Shown piece by piece: positions 28,458 through 42,845 of a stretch of 56,364 nt of DNA. Below the pieces are notes generated by a model, which saw only the letters and a program-made list of their open reading frames with translations, had not been told where the DNA came from and ran no database searches. The DNA is from an uncultured Gammaproteobacteria bacterium. GTDB lineage: Bacteria > Pseudomonadota > Gammaproteobacteria > GCA-001735895. The DNA lies in assembly GCA_964480635.1 (NCBI GenBank), contig CAYZQE010000003.1:1-56364 (forward strand). Reading direction: 5' to 3'. Numbering within the stretch: position 1 is the stretch's first letter; each line of letters starts with the position of its first letter. A program made the translations under genes and the position numbers.

Positions 28458-30323
28458 ATGAATTATTTAAAACGCTATGATGTCATTGTTATTGGCGGCG
28501 GCCACGCAGGCACCGAAGCTGCTTTAGCTGCGGCACGAATGGGTGCGCAAACATTATTGTTGACACACAATATTGATACCTTGGGGCAAATGAGCTGTAA
28601 TCCTTCAATTGGTGGTATTGGTAAAGGCCATTTAGTGAAAGAAGTGGATGCTCTGGGCGGTGCAATGGCATTGGCAGCAGATCATTCAGGCATTCAATTT
28701 AGAACATTAAACCAGCGTAAAGGCCCAGCAGTTAGGGCGACACGTACGCAAGCAGATCGTCAGTTATATCGTAAGGCTATTCGTCATACCATTGAAAACT
28801 GCCCCAATTTAGAGCTGTTTCAGCAGCCAGTGATTGATTTGATCGAAAACAAGGATCAAATAGAAGGCGTTGTGACTGAGATGGGCCTTAAGTTTTATGC
28901 CACCACGGTGGTTCTTACCGTAGGTACTTTTTTAGATGGTAAAATTCATATAGGTGAGGCTAATTTTGGCGGAGGTCGAGCAGGAGACCCCCCAGCAACG
29001 ACACTGGCTAAGCGGTTACGCGAACGACCTTTTAGAATGGGGCGTTTAAAAACGGGTACGCCTGCTCGTTTAGATAAGCGCACTCTGGATTATAGTAAGA
29101 TGGAAGCGCAAAAAGGTGATGATCCTCAACCGGTTTTTTCATACCGAGGTGATGTGTCAATGCACCCAAGGCAAGTAGAGTGCCACATTACTTACACCAC
29201 AGAAAAAACGCATGACATTATTCGTAAAAACTTAGACCGTTCCCCTTTATTTACGGGTGAAATTGATGGTGTAGGGCCAAGGTACTGCCCTTCTATAGAA
29301 GATAAAGTGGTGCGCTTTGCCGACAAAACGTCGCATCAAATTTTTGTTGAGCCTGAAGGTTTAGATTTGGTTGAAGTCTACCCTAATGGTATTTCTACCA
29401 GTTTGCCCTTTGACACACAAATTGAGCTGGTTCATAGTATTGCTGGTTTTGAAAATGCGCATATTATTCGCCCTGGTTATGCTATTGAATATGATTTTTT
29501 TGACCCAAGAGATTTGCGCGCAACGTTAGAAACGCGGTTTATTGGTGGTTTATATTTTGCAGGGCAAATTAATGGCACCACAGGCTATGAAGAGGCAGCA
29601 GCACAAGGTTTGATGGCAGGTGCTAATGCGGCAGCAAGAGCCTTAGCTAAAGATGAGATTAGCTTTGAGCGTTCTGAAGCTTATATAGGGGTGTTGGTCG
29701 ATGATTTGACCACGCGAGGCACGTTAGAGCCTTATCGAATGTTCACAAGCCGAGCAGAATATCGATTATTATTGCGTGAAGATAATGCCGATTTAAGATT
29801 GACCGAAAAAGGATGGAATGCGGGTTTAGTGAGTGAAGAGCAATGGACAAGCTTTAATCATTATCGAGAAGAATTAGTGCAATTAGAGCAGTCCTTAAAA
29901 GACACATGGGTGCGTCCAGAGACAAAAGGTGTTGATGGGCTCATCGAGCAATTAGGTAAGCCACTTGCGCATGAATATAATTTACGCGATTTATTGAAGC
30001 GTCCCGAGCTTAAAATTGGCCATCTTACTGGTTTTTTAGAAAAACAGTTTGCTCAGAAAGTGTTAGAGCAAGCAGAAGTAAAAACCAAGTATGAAGGCTA
30101 TTTAAATCGCCAGCAAGAAGAAATAGATAAGGCAAAAAACAATGAAGGGACCGCCTTACCCGATACGCTTAATTTTAAAAATGTTCGAGGGTTATCGAAT
30201 GAGGCTTGTCAAAAGCTCCAAGAGTTTAAGCCGTCAACGATTGGTCAAGCAGGGCGGATCTCAGGCATAACGCCAGCGACTATTTCGTTGTTATTAGTGC
30301 ATTTGAAAAAGACAGGCAGTTAA
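28458..30323 (+). CDS. mnmG: tRNA uridine-5-carboxymethylaminomethyl(34) synthesis enzyme MnmG
   Basis: [46 protein letters not shown]. Confidence 0.98.
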   Translation: MNYLKRYDVIVIGGGHAGTEAALAAARMGAQTLLLTHNIDTLGQMSCNPSIGGIGKGHLVKEVDALGGAMALAADHSGIQFRTLNQRKGPAVRATRTQADRQLYRKAIRHTIENCPNLELFQQPVIDLIENKDQIEGVVTEMGLKFYATTVVLTVGTFLDGKIHIGEANFGGGRAGDPPATTLAKRLRERPFRMGRLKTGTPARLDKRTLDYSKMEAQKGDDPQPVFSYRGDVSMHPRQVECHITYTTEKTHDIIRKNLDRSPLFTGEIDGVGPRYCPSIEDKVVRFADKTSHQIFVEPEGLDLVEVYPNGISTSLPFDTQIELVHSIAGFENAHIIRPGYAIEYDFFDPRDLRATLETRFIGGLYFAGQINGTTGYEEAAAQGLMAGANAAARALAKDEISFERSEAYIGVLVDDLTTRGTLEPYRMFTSRAEYRLLLREDNADLRLTEKGWNAGLVSEEQWTSFNHYREELVQLEQSLKDTWVRPETKGVDGLIEQLGKPLAHEYNLRDLLKRPELKIGHLTGFLEKQFAQKVLEQAEVKTKYEGYLNRQQEEIDKAKNNEGTALPDTLNFKNVRGLSNEACQKLQEFKPSTIGQAGRISGITPATISLLLVHLKKTGS

Positions 30324-30361
30324 AATTATGGACTTAATCAGGGCTTCCTTAACGAGGTTTC

Positions 30362-30465
30362 AGGGTCGGAGTCGGTAGTTGGTTTAACAGTCGGTTTATC
30401 AAGAAGTGCGCTCTTAGGGTTGGGTATTAGGTATTGGGTTAAAAATCACCGCCGACTCAGGCCCT
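30362..30465 (+). other. Long imperfect hairpin; candidate structured RNA
   Basis: AGGGTCGGAGTCGGTAGT pairs with ACCGCCGACTCAGGCCCT (16 of 18 positions including two G-U), extended inward by GGTTTAAC/GTTAAAAATC. Confidence 0.45.
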
Positions 30466-30514
30466 TCTAGTAAAAACACAGAATAAATAAATTTTAATGA
30501 ATAAAGGGCAATAA

Positions 30515-30757
30515 ATGAAAACAATGACGTGTGATCAATTGGGTGGGGCGTGTAGCAAGGCTTTTAGTGCCAATACATTTGATGAAATGGTTGAGCTGAG
30601 CAAAGCGCATGGTATGGAGATGTTTGCCTCGCAAGATGCGCAGCACATGCAAGCTATGATGAAAATTCAGGGGCTTATGCAAAACCCAGAAGCGATGAAA
30701 CAGTGGTTCGATAGTAAAAAAGCAGAATTTGAAGCTTTAGCAGAAGATAAGGTTTAG
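30515..30757 (+). CDS. DUF1059-family small protein
   Basis: MKTMTCDQLGGAC...F.A.TFDEM...SK.H pattern; SD AAGGG. Confidence 0.7.
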   Translation: MKTMTCDQLGGACSKAFSANTFDEMVELSKAHGMEMFASQDAQHMQAMMKIQGLMQNPEAMKQWFDSKKAEFEALAEDKV

Positions 30758-30767
30758 TGAATTAATA

Positions 30768-31388
30768 ATGAGAGAGCAATTGTGTGAAGGCTTGGATAAG
30801 CTCAATATTGAATATGAAACGCGTCAGATAGATTTGTGCTTGGCTTATACGCAGTTACTTTTAAAGTGGAACAAAGCGTTTAATTTAACGGCAGTTAAAC
30901 AGCCTAAAAAAATGGTGTCGCACTTATTGTTAGATAGTCTGTCGGCGTTGCCTTTTATTGAAAAGCAGCAGCAAATAATGGATGTAGGGACGGGAGCTGG
31001 CTTGCCCGGCATACCGTTGGCAATCTTTATGCCGGATACGCAGTGGCTGTTATGCGATAGCAACGGAAAAAAAACCCGTTTTATTCGCCAAGCTTGTGCA
31101 GAACTGGGCTTAAAAAATATAACGGTTGAGAATAACAGGGTTGAAGATTATCATCATGCCGTAACATTCGATGTGATTCTCAGTAAGGCTTATGCTTCAC
31201 TGTCTGATTTTGTCAATACAACACAGCATTTATGCACTGAATCGACGCTTTTAATAACGTGGAAATCAGGGTTGCAAGCGCAAGAAAAGCAAGATGTTTG
31301 TTTAGACGGTAAGCATTTGGAAGAGACATTTTTGACAGTGCCTGGCATTAATGAGCCGCGTTCTATCGTAACCATCAAAAATTTATAA
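30768..31388 (+). CDS. rsmG: 16S rRNA m7G527 methyltransferase RsmG
   Basis: LLLKWNKAFNLTA, HLLLDSL, DVGTGAGLPGIPLAI, DSNGKK. Confidence 0.95.
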   Translation: MREQLCEGLDKLNIEYETRQIDLCLAYTQLLLKWNKAFNLTAVKQPKKMVSHLLLDSLSALPFIEKQQQIMDVGTGAGLPGIPLAIFMPDTQWLLCDSNGKKTRFIRQACAELGLKNITVENNRVEDYHHAVTFDVILSKAYASLSDFVNTTQHLCTESTLLITWKSGLQAQEKQDVCLDGKHLEETFLTVPGINEPRSIVTIKNL

Positions 31389-31398
31389 GCGAAATAAT

Positions 31399-32187
31399 AT
31401 GACAAAAATTATAGCCATAGCAAACCAAAAGGGCGGCGTAGGGAAAACAACGACTTGTGTTAATTTAGCAGCGTCATTGGCAGCAACAAAACGTAAGGTG
31501 CTGTTGATTGATATGGATCCTCAGGGTAATGCCACTATGGGTAGTGGTGTTGATAAGGCAGGGGTTGAATATACTTCTTGTGATGTTCTTTTGGGTGATG
31601 CTTCTGTTCGGCAGGCGCGTGTTCATGCGCCTGAGACGGGCTTTGATATTTTACCTGCCAATGCTGATCTTACGGCCGCAGAAGTTCAATTGATGAATAA
31701 AATTGGCCGTGAACGTCAGTTAGAGCTCGCTTTGAAAAAAGTCAAAGATGAATATGATTATATTTTAATAGATTGTCCGCCCACCCTAAATATGTTGACA
31801 GTTAATGCTTTAGTGGCAGCAGATGGTGTGTTGATTCCTATGCAATGCGAATATTACGCATTGGAAGGTTTGACTGATTTGTTGGAAACCATTGAGCAAA
31901 TTCGTGAAAGCGTTAATCCTGATATTAAGTTAGAAGGCTTGTTGCGAACCATGTATGACCCGCGTAATAATTTATCAAATGACGTGTCGTCAGAGTTAGT
32001 AGAGCATTTTGGTGATCAAGTTTATCGTACCGTTATTCCAAGAAATGTACGTTTAGCTGAGGCGCCAAGTTACGGTCAGCCAATTTTACAATATGATAAA
32101 AACTCGCGTGGATCTATGGCTTATTTGGCATTAGCGGGTGAAGTATTACGGCGCGATGAAAAGTTAAAACAAAATAGCTTAAATTAA
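31399..32187 (+). CDS. parA: Chromosome partitioning ATPase ParA (Soj)
   Basis: ANQKGGVGKTTT, IDCPP, PMQCEYYALEGL, IPRNVRLAEAPSYG. Confidence 0.96.
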   Translation: MTKIIAIANQKGGVGKTTTCVNLAASLAATKRKVLLIDMDPQGNATMGSGVDKAGVEYTSCDVLLGDASVRQARVHAPETGFDILPANADLTAAEVQLMNKIGRERQLELALKKVKDEYDYILIDCPPTLNMLTVNALVAADGVLIPMQCEYYALEGLTDLLETIEQIRESVNPDIKLEGLLRTMYDPRNNLSNDVSSELVEHFGDQVYRTVIPRNVRLAEAPSYGQPILQYDKNSRGSMAYLALAGEVLRRDEKLKQNSLN

Positions 32188-32209
32188 GAAAATCTAAGGT
32201 TTTATAATT

Positions 32210-33064
32210 TTGAAAAAGAAAAGATTAGGGCGCGGCTTAGGTTCGCTTATTGGAAGTGTTGACCGGCTGGTTAATGTAACCGCAGAAGAAAAATCAAATT
32301 CGATGTTAGAGGTCGATGTGGATCAAATTGTGCGCGGAGAATATCAGCCGCGCAAGCATTTTGATGAAGATGCTTTAAACGAACTGGCCGATTCAATAAG
32401 GGCGCAGGGTATTATTCAGCCTATCGTGGTGCGAATGCAAGGCGATCAATATGAGCTAATTGCTGGTGAGCGTCGTTGGCGCGCGGCACAAATTGCAGGG
32501 TTGCAGCAAGTGCCTGTGGTCGTTCGAGACATAGATAGTCAAGCCGCAGCAGCGATTGCTTTAATCGAAAATATTCAGCGAGAAGACTTAAACCCACTAG
32601 AAGAAGCGGCGGCATTAAAACGCTTGATTGATGAGTTTGATTTGACCCACCAACAAGTTGCTGACTCAGTGGGGCGTTCTCGAACTGCGGTGACTAACTT
32701 GTTGCGTTTGTTAGAGTTGGCAGAGCCAGTCAAAGCATGGGTTAATCAAGGCGCCTTAAGCATGGGGCATGCACGAGCCTTATTGGCGCTTGATGTTGAT
32801 GATCAAATAGATGCAGCTAAGATAGTGGTTAATCGTTCGTTATCCGTGCGTGAAACAGAAGCGCTAGTGAAGCAATATCAAATGCCTACAGAGCTTAAAG
32901 TAACGCCTGAAGTGGATCCAGACATTAAGCGTTTAGAGGAATCATTGTCTGAAAAGCTATGTGCAAAGATTGCAATTCAGCAAGGCAAGGCTGGTTCTGG
33001 GAAATTAGTTATTCATTACCATAATGCCGATGAGCTAGAAGGGATATTAGGGCATATTACTTAA
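32210..33064 (+). CDS. parB: Chromosome partitioning protein ParB
   Basis: LGRGLGSL, QPRKHF, IAGERRWRAA, ENIQREDLNPLEEA. Confidence 0.96.
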   Translation: MKKKRLGRGLGSLIGSVDRLVNVTAEEKSNSMLEVDVDQIVRGEYQPRKHFDEDALNELADSIRAQGIIQPIVVRMQGDQYELIAGERRWRAAQIAGLQQVPVVVRDIDSQAAAAIALIENIQREDLNPLEEAAALKRLIDEFDLTHQQVADSVGRSRTAVTNLLRLLELAEPVKAWVNQGALSMGHARALLALDVDDQIDAAKIVVNRSLSVRETEALVKQYQMPTELKVTPEVDPDIKRLEESLSEKLCAKIAIQQGKAGSGKLVIHYHNADELEGILGHIT

Positions 33065-33531
33065 TGCGCTTATTGTTATCCTTATGGATGATGTATTTTA
33101 GTCAAATGGCTTTTGCCCAGTGTGATGACTTATTTGCAGAGCCTGAGTTTGGTTTGGAGAACACTTGGTTGCCTCAAAGTAAAAGCTATGTCCAAGAGGT
33201 TAGTTTTAAAAAGGTTTGCGCTAAGCGGTCAACATGTTACTTAAAAAACGGGAGTGTTCGCGACCAATGTGACGAAGAGTATCATGATAATTTAGAGGCA
33301 GTTTGTAAGGCCGAGTACCCGTATAAAAATAAGTTATATGGGCGCTGTATGAAAAAAATAAATAAAGCGGCTAAATTGGTAAAGTTAGAAGGGGCGCAGT
33401 ATTTTAGATCTCAGAAAAGAAAAGCAGACCAAGAAAAAAGAGAGTCTAATAGAAAGCTAAGGGCTGAAAAAAGAAGGGATGGTTTCTTGCGGCGAGCCGA
33501 GGAAAGAAGGGATAAACGCTTGGGCAGGTAA
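33064..33531 (+). CDS. Secreted Cys-rich protein with a phospholipase A2-like Cys pattern but no His-Asp dyad
   Basis: Signal peptide (AFA/Q), six Cys, F...C-AKRST-CY....R..CD..Y...L...C...C......V...G..YF, basic tail. Confidence 0.6.
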   Translation: MRLLLSLWMMYFSQMAFAQCDDLFAEPEFGLENTWLPQSKSYVQEVSFKKVCAKRSTCYLKNGSVRDQCDEEYHDNLEAVCKAEYPYKNKLYGRCMKKINKAAKLVKLEGAQYFRSQKRKADQEKRESNRKLRAEKRRDGFLRRAEERRDKRLGR

Positions 33532-33603
33532 GGTATAATATTAGTATTGAAGCTGGTAAGAGCGGCGGATACGCCAAGATTAAAAAATAAAATAAAAAGC
33601 ACG

Positions 33604-33632
33604 TTGCATAAAGGCTCCTAACTTAATATAAT
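33604..33632 (+). promoter_or_regulatory. Sigma70 promoter of the atp operon
   Basis: TTGCAT - 17 nt - TATAAT, 24 nt upstream of atpI. Confidence 0.8.
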
Positions 33633-33656
33633 CTGCGCCGATTTATATGGGCTGTA

Positions 33657-34870
<1,214 letters not shown>

Positions 34871-34940
34871 ATTTTAAGCATAATGCTTAAAATCAGTTTT
34901 TAGTTTTATTTAATTTTTACATTTATTTAATTATCTTTAG

Positions 34941-35192
<252 letters not shown>

Positions 35193-35226
35193 GCACGAAT
35201 TTAAGTTTTAAGTTCGGGAGAACAAG

Positions 35227-35697
35227 ATGAATTTCAACGCAACCCTAATTGGACAATCAATCACTTTTTTAGTGTTTGTCTGGTTCTGCATGAAATATGT
35301 ATGGCCTCCGCTCATGCAGGCTCTTGAAGAGCGTCAAGCAAAAATAGCTGATGGCTTAGCGGCTGCTGAAAGAGGTCAAAAAGACCTTGAAAAAGCAAAA
35401 GCACAAGTCGGTGATGACATGAAGATTGCTAAAGAGCAAGCTCAAGAAATCATTAATCAAGCACAAAAAAGAGCATCAGAGATTGTTGATGAAGCAAAAG
35501 GTACAGCACGTACTGAAGCAGATAAGATTAAAGCATCTGCTGAAGCTGAAATGGAACAGTCACTTAATAGTGCTAAAGAGCAATTACGTAAAGATGTATC
35601 AGTGATTGCCTTATCTGGAGCTGAGCGGATTTTGAATAAAGAAATCGACGCGAAGGCTCACAGTGCAGTGCTTGATGACTTAATGGCGCAGATTTAA
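35227..35697 (+). CDS. atpF: ATP synthase subunit b
   Basis: [32 protein letters not shown]. Confidence 0.97.
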   Translation: MNFNATLIGQSITFLVFVWFCMKYVWPPLMQALEERQAKIADGLAAAERGQKDLEKAKAQVGDDMKIAKEQAQEIINQAQKRASEIVDEAKGTARTEADKIKASAEAEMEQSLNSAKEQLRKDVSVIALSGAERILNKEIDAKAHSAVLDDLMAQI

Positions 35698-35701
35698 AGC
35701 T

Positions 35702-36253
35702 ATGTCAGATTTCGAGACAATCGCACGTCCCTATGCTAAGGCTGCATTTGCTAGCGCAAATGAAGCGAAGCAATTGGATCAGTGGTCTGAGTTTTTGGCA
35801 TTTGCTGCAATAGCGACAAATGATGACGTTATGGTTGGTTATTTAACTAACCCCGGTGTTTTATCTTCGGATAAAGCCAGGTTCATTATTGATGTGCTTG
35901 AGGCAGGTTTAACCGCAGCTAAGGTAAGCGACGAGCAGCGTAACTTTATTAAGTTATTGGCTGAAAATATTCGTCTCAATGCTTTTGATGCTATTTGCGA
36001 CCAATACGAAGCGCTTAAGCGTGAAGTAGATGGTGTAGTAGAAGTCAGAGTGGTTTCTGCGCGCAAATTAACAGCGGCTCAAACTAAAGCAATGACGGCT
36101 AAGTTAAAAACACGTTTAGGCAAAGATATTTTAATTACAGCAGAGGTTGACGCAACATTGTTAGCAGGCGCCGTAATTTATGCAGATGATGTGGTTATTG
36201 ACGGCACAGCACGCGGCAAATTAAACAAGTTAGCGAGTGCTTTAAATAAATAA
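35702..36253 (+). CDS. atpH: ATP synthase subunit delta
   Basis: TIARPYAKAAF, LLAEN.RL, VIDGTARGKL. Confidence 0.96.
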   Translation: MSDFETIARPYAKAAFASANEAKQLDQWSEFLAFAAIATNDDVMVGYLTNPGVLSSDKARFIIDVLEAGLTAAKVSDEQRNFIKLLAENIRLNAFDAICDQYEALKREVDGVVEVRVVSARKLTAAQTKAMTAKLKTRLGKDILITAEVDATLLAGAVIYADDVVIDGTARGKLNKLASALNK

Positions 36254-36325
36254 AGCTCAGCTGCTTAAAGAATTCAGTATTAACATTTAATATTTGTATT
36301 TATACATTTAAAAACAGGAAAAGAT

Positions 36326-37867
36326 ATGCAACTTAATCCTTCGGAAATAAGTGAACTTATTAAAGAGCGAATCAAAAACTTTGATAGCTCAACAGAAGCC
36401 AGAACAGAAGGCACTATCGTTAGTTTAACGGATGGTATTGCACGTGTTCATGGTCTTGCTGATGTTATGGCTGGTGAAATGATTGAATTTCCTGGTGATA
36501 CCTTCGGTATGGCACTTAACTTAGAGCGTGACTCAGTGGGTGCGGTTATCTTAGGTTCATATGGACACCTTTCTGAAGGCGATAAGGTTAAGTGTACGGG
36601 TCGTATTCTTGAAGTGCCGGTTGGCGAAGAGCTTCTAGGTCGAGTTGTCAACTCTCTAGGTGAACCACTTGACGGCAAAGGCGCTATTGACGCTAAACTT
36701 TTCTCACCTATCGAACGTGTTGCACCGGGTGTTATCGAGCGTCAATCAGTTAATCAACCTGTGCAAACAGGTATTAAAGCGATTGATGCGATGGTTCCAG
36801 TAGGGCGCGGTCAACGTGAACTCATCATCGGCGATCGTCAAACAGGTAAAACAGCGGTTGCGGTTGATGCCATCATCAACCAAAAAGGAACAGGCGTTAA
36901 ATGTATCTATGTGGCGATTGGTCAAAAAGCATCAACAATAGCGAATGTTGTTCGTAAGCTTGAAGAAAACGATGCTTTAGCACACACCATCATTGTTGCA
37001 GCAGCCGCTTCTGAATCAGCGGCTATGCAATACATTGCACCATATTCTGGTTGTTCAATGGGTGAATATTTCATGGATCGAGGTCAAGATGCCTTAATCG
37101 TCTATGATGATTTAACCAAACAAGCATGGGCTTACCGTCAGGTATCCTTATTGCTTCGTCGCCCTCCAGGTCGTGAAGCCTATCCAGGTGACGTATTCTA
37201 TTTACATTCCCGCTTATTAGAGCGTGCGGCTCGAGTCAATATTGCCTATGTAGAGAAATTTACAGAAGGCAAAGTAAAAGGTAAAACAGGTTCATTAACT
37301 GCTTTACCGATTATTGAAACTCAAGCGGGTGACGTATCAGCCTTCGTACCAACTAATGTCATCTCGATTACTGACGGTCAGATCTTCTTAGAAACAGATT
37401 TATTTAACGCCGGTATTCGTCCAGCAATAAACGCTGGTTTGTCCGTATCACGAGTGGGTGGTGCAGCACAGACTAAAATCATCAAGAAGTTAGGTGGTGG
37501 TGTGCGTTTAGTATTAGCTCAGTATCGTGAACTAGCCGCTTTCGCACAGTTTGCATCTGACCTAGACGAAGTCACTCGTAACCAACTAGCACGTGGGCAG
37601 CGAGTGACAGAATTGATGAAGCAGTTGCAATATGCACCTTTATCAGTGGCTGATATGGCCATGTCATTGTTCGCTGCTAACGAAGGTTTGTTAGACGATG
37701 TTGATGTTAAGAAGATCGTAGATTTTGAATTAGCCATGCATGCTTATTTGCAGTCAAACAGTGCTGACTTAATGGCGAGTATTAATGAGACTGGCGATTT
37801 TAACGATGATATTGCAGCGCAAATGACGACAGCAATTGAAGCGTTTAAGGCTAACGGCGTTTACTAG
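36326..37867 (+). CDS. atpA: ATP synthase subunit alpha
   Basis: [31 protein letters not shown]. Confidence 0.99.
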   Translation: MQLNPSEISELIKERIKNFDSSTEARTEGTIVSLTDGIARVHGLADVMAGEMIEFPGDTFGMALNLERDSVGAVILGSYGHLSEGDKVKCTGRILEVPVGEELLGRVVNSLGEPLDGKGAIDAKLFSPIERVAPGVIERQSVNQPVQTGIKAIDAMVPVGRGQRELIIGDRQTGKTAVAVDAIINQKGTGVKCIYVAIGQKASTIANVVRKLEENDALAHTIIVAAAASESAAMQYIAPYSGCSMGEYFMDRGQDALIVYDDLTKQAWAYRQVSLLLRRPPGREAYPGDVFYLHSRLLERAARVNIAYVEKFTEGKVKGKTGSLTALPIIETQAGDVSAFVPTNVISITDGQIFLETDLFNAGIRPAINAGLSVSRVGGAAQTKIIKKLGGGVRLVLAQYRELAAFAQFASDLDEVTRNQLARGQRVTELMKQLQYAPLSVADMAMSLFAANEGLLDDVDVKKIVDFELAMHAYLQSNSADLMASINETGDFNDDIAAQMTTAIEAFKANGVY

Positions 37868-37904
37868 GCTTCCTAGTAATTTATTTGATATAAAGAGATA
37901 GCAA

Positions 37905-38768
37905 ATGGCAGTCGGTAAAGAGATACGCACCAAAATTAAGAGTATTCAAAACACTCAGAAAATTACTAAAGCTATGGAAATGGTAGCGGCTAGTAAAATG
38001 CGTAAAGCACAAGAGCGAATGACCGCAACACGTCCTTATGCAGATAAGATTAAGACCGTTGTGAGTCATATTGCATCATCACATCCTGAGTATAAGCATC
38101 CATATCTTGCATCACGTCCTGTGAAGCGCATAGGGTTGATAGCTGTATCCACTGATCGTGGTTTATGTGGCGGTTTAAACACTAACATGTTTAAAAAATC
38201 ATTGAATCAAATTGCAGAATGGGAAGATGCTGGGCATCAAGTTGATGTGGTTACTTTTGGTGGTAAGGCATTGAGCTTTTTCAGCAGAATTAAAAGCACA
38301 AATGTGGTTGCAGAAGCCAGCAAATTAGGTGATAAGCCTGATGTAATGGAAGTGATTGGTCCCGTTCAAGCTTTATTAAAAAGCTATGCAGATGGCAATG
38401 TTGATGAAATTTATCTCATCAGTAATGTGTATGAAAACACCATGACACAAACGCCAACTGTTCAGCAGTTAGTGCCTGTGGTACCGAGTAAAGAAGAAGA
38501 GTTGGGTCATCATTGGGATTACATTTATGAGCCAGGCTCTAAAGAAGTTTTAAACTCTGTATTAGACCGCTATATTGAATCTATTGTATATCAAGCTGTG
38601 GTTGAAAATGTGGCGTGTGAAATGTCATCACGTATGATTGCAATGAAATCAGCCACTGATAATGCAGGCGACTTAATTAAAGAGCTGCAACAAATTTATA
38701 ACCGCACCAGACAAGCAGCGATCACCCAAGAAATTAGTGAGATTGTAGCTGGCGCAGCGGCTGTTTAG
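37905..38768 (+). CDS. atpG: ATP synthase subunit gamma
   Basis: [34 protein letters not shown]. Confidence 0.99.
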   Translation: MAVGKEIRTKIKSIQNTQKITKAMEMVAASKMRKAQERMTATRPYADKIKTVVSHIASSHPEYKHPYLASRPVKRIGLIAVSTDRGLCGGLNTNMFKKSLNQIAEWEDAGHQVDVVTFGGKALSFFSRIKSTNVVAEASKLGDKPDVMEVIGPVQALLKSYADGNVDEIYLISNVYENTMTQTPTVQQLVPVVPSKEEELGHHWDYIYEPGSKEVLNSVLDRYIESIVYQAVVENVACEMSSRMIAMKSATDNAGDLIKELQQIYNRTRQAAITQEISEIVAGAAAV

Positions 38769-38790
38769 TTAGCCTAAGTAAAGAATTTAA

Positions 38791-40218
<1,428 letters not shown>

Positions 40219-40265
40219 ATTTTTCATTCAGAGCATCCTTAAGTAACTAACCTTAGGTAATTATT

Positions 40266-40682
40266 GTGGCTTCAACAATTAATGTCGAAATAGTCAGTGC
40301 AGAAGAGTCTATCTTTTCTGGCGAGGCAGAAATGGTTTATGCACCCTGTATTATGGGTGAGATTGGTATTGCACCAAAGCATACACCCTTAATTTCACCA
40401 CTTAAGCCGGGTGAAATTCGCTTAGATACGGGTGATGGAAACGAAGTGTTTTTCTTTATTTCTGGTGGTATCATCGAAGTACAGCCGCACATGGTTACAG
40501 TGCTTGCTGATACAGCAATTCGTGCTAATGATTTAGATGAAGCGTCTGCCTTAGAAGCAAAAAAACGTGCTGAAACAGCCATTACAGATCAAAAATCAGG
40601 TGTTGATTTGGCGACTGCTAGAGGCGAATTAGCCGCTGCCGCCGCTCAAATTGCAGCGATTCATAAGCTTCGTAAAAAATAA
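40266..40682 (+). CDS. atpC: ATP synthase subunit epsilon
   Basis: EIVSAE, GEIGIAPKHTPL, SGGIIEVQP, VLADTAIR. Confidence 0.97.
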   Translation: MASTINVEIVSAEESIFSGEAEMVYAPCIMGEIGIAPKHTPLISPLKPGEIRLDTGDGNEVFFFISGGIIEVQPHMVTVLADTAIRANDLDEASALEAKKRAETAITDQKSGVDLATARGELAAAAAQIAAIHKLRKK

Positions 40683-40688
40683 TATAAT

Positions 40689-40724
40689 ACTTTTATTCTT
40701 ATCTTAAATGATGAGAATAAAAGT
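40689..40724 (+). terminator. Hairpin after atpC (terminator or stability stem)
   Basis: ACTTTTATTCTTATC-TTAAAT-GATGAGAATAAAAGT; AT-rich with no U-tract. Confidence 0.4.
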
Positions 40725-41141
40725 GAACTCTACATTCTCCTGTATCCCCTTATTGATACAAACTACTGCTTATTTGTATAGACTTGCAATAGACGCCAGT
40801 GTCATAAATCGTTATTCTCATTTATTAATCATAATCTCAAATTCTCAGATAGAAATATATCAATGGCGCAAATTAATGCACCTAGTAAAAATAAAAATCA
40901 TCTCATCACGCTCTTAAACTCCTGCATTCAATATATAAGTTCATCCATGAACAAAACCAATAAGGCGACAACGAAGTTTTTCGTTTCACTTTGCACATCA
41001 AGCGATTACACTCTTTTCATATTCTTATCTGAAGATTAGGATAATGACAAAATAATCAGTTGTACTGTTTTAAATAAAGGCACTATAGAGAGCCTAAACA
41101 AAAGCTATAAGTGATTATTTATAATATAAATAACAACTTAG

Positions 41142-42422
<1,281 letters not shown>

Positions 42423-42441
42423 CATGACGTTAAATTTTAAG

Positions 42442-42480
42442 AAAAGCCTGATTAGTGACTATTATTAATCAGGCTTTTTT
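42442..42480. terminator. Bidirectional terminator between sqr and the DsrC-like gene
   Basis: AAAAGCCTGATTA...TAATCAGGCTTTTTT. Confidence 0.85.
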
Positions 42481-42502
42481 TATACCCAGTTTTTTTGTGA
42501 AA

Positions 42503-42844
42503 TCAGCCAGAACTCCATGCCCTTGGCTTTTTCATACCGGCAATTTTACAGGCTTGTTTGACATAACCAAAAGGGAAAAGTCTAAACAAACGGTTATGTG
42601 CTACTTTTTTGGTGGTTTCGAAATTATCACGCATAAACATAATGGTGTGACGAGTGTCAGGTGCCACTTTATGCTCATCATAATATTTTCGCATAAAAAA
42701 TATTATCTCCCAATACTCATCGTCTAAAATTAATTGTTCATCTTCGGCCATTTGTTTACAGGCTTGAATACTCCAAGCATCAGGGTCAAATAAATACCCT
42801 TCAAAATCAGTTTCTATCGTTTCGTTATCAACTGTTAGCATCAT
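42503..42844 (-). CDS. TusE/DsrC-family protein lacking the terminal Cys
   Basis: ETDFEGYL.DP..WS, L.DEYWEIIFFMR.YY, LFP.GYVKQACKIAGMKKPRAWSSG. Confidence 0.85.
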   Translation of the reverse strand: MMLTVDNETIETDFEGYLFDPDAWSIQACKQMAEDEQLILDDEYWEIIFFMRKYYDEHKVAPDTRHTIMFMRDNFETTKKVAHNRLFRLFPFGYVKQACKIAGMKKPRAWSSG

Positions 42845-42845
42845 C

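Noticed and set aside
30328-30378. 16-codon ORF (MDLIRASLTRFQGRSR) entering the hairpin as a leader peptide
   Set aside because: No SD and no regulatory codon run; could at most be reinitiation after mnmG.
40708-40917. 69-aa ORF after atpC
   Set aside because: No SD, AT-rich, starts inside a hairpin, and no recognisable motif.
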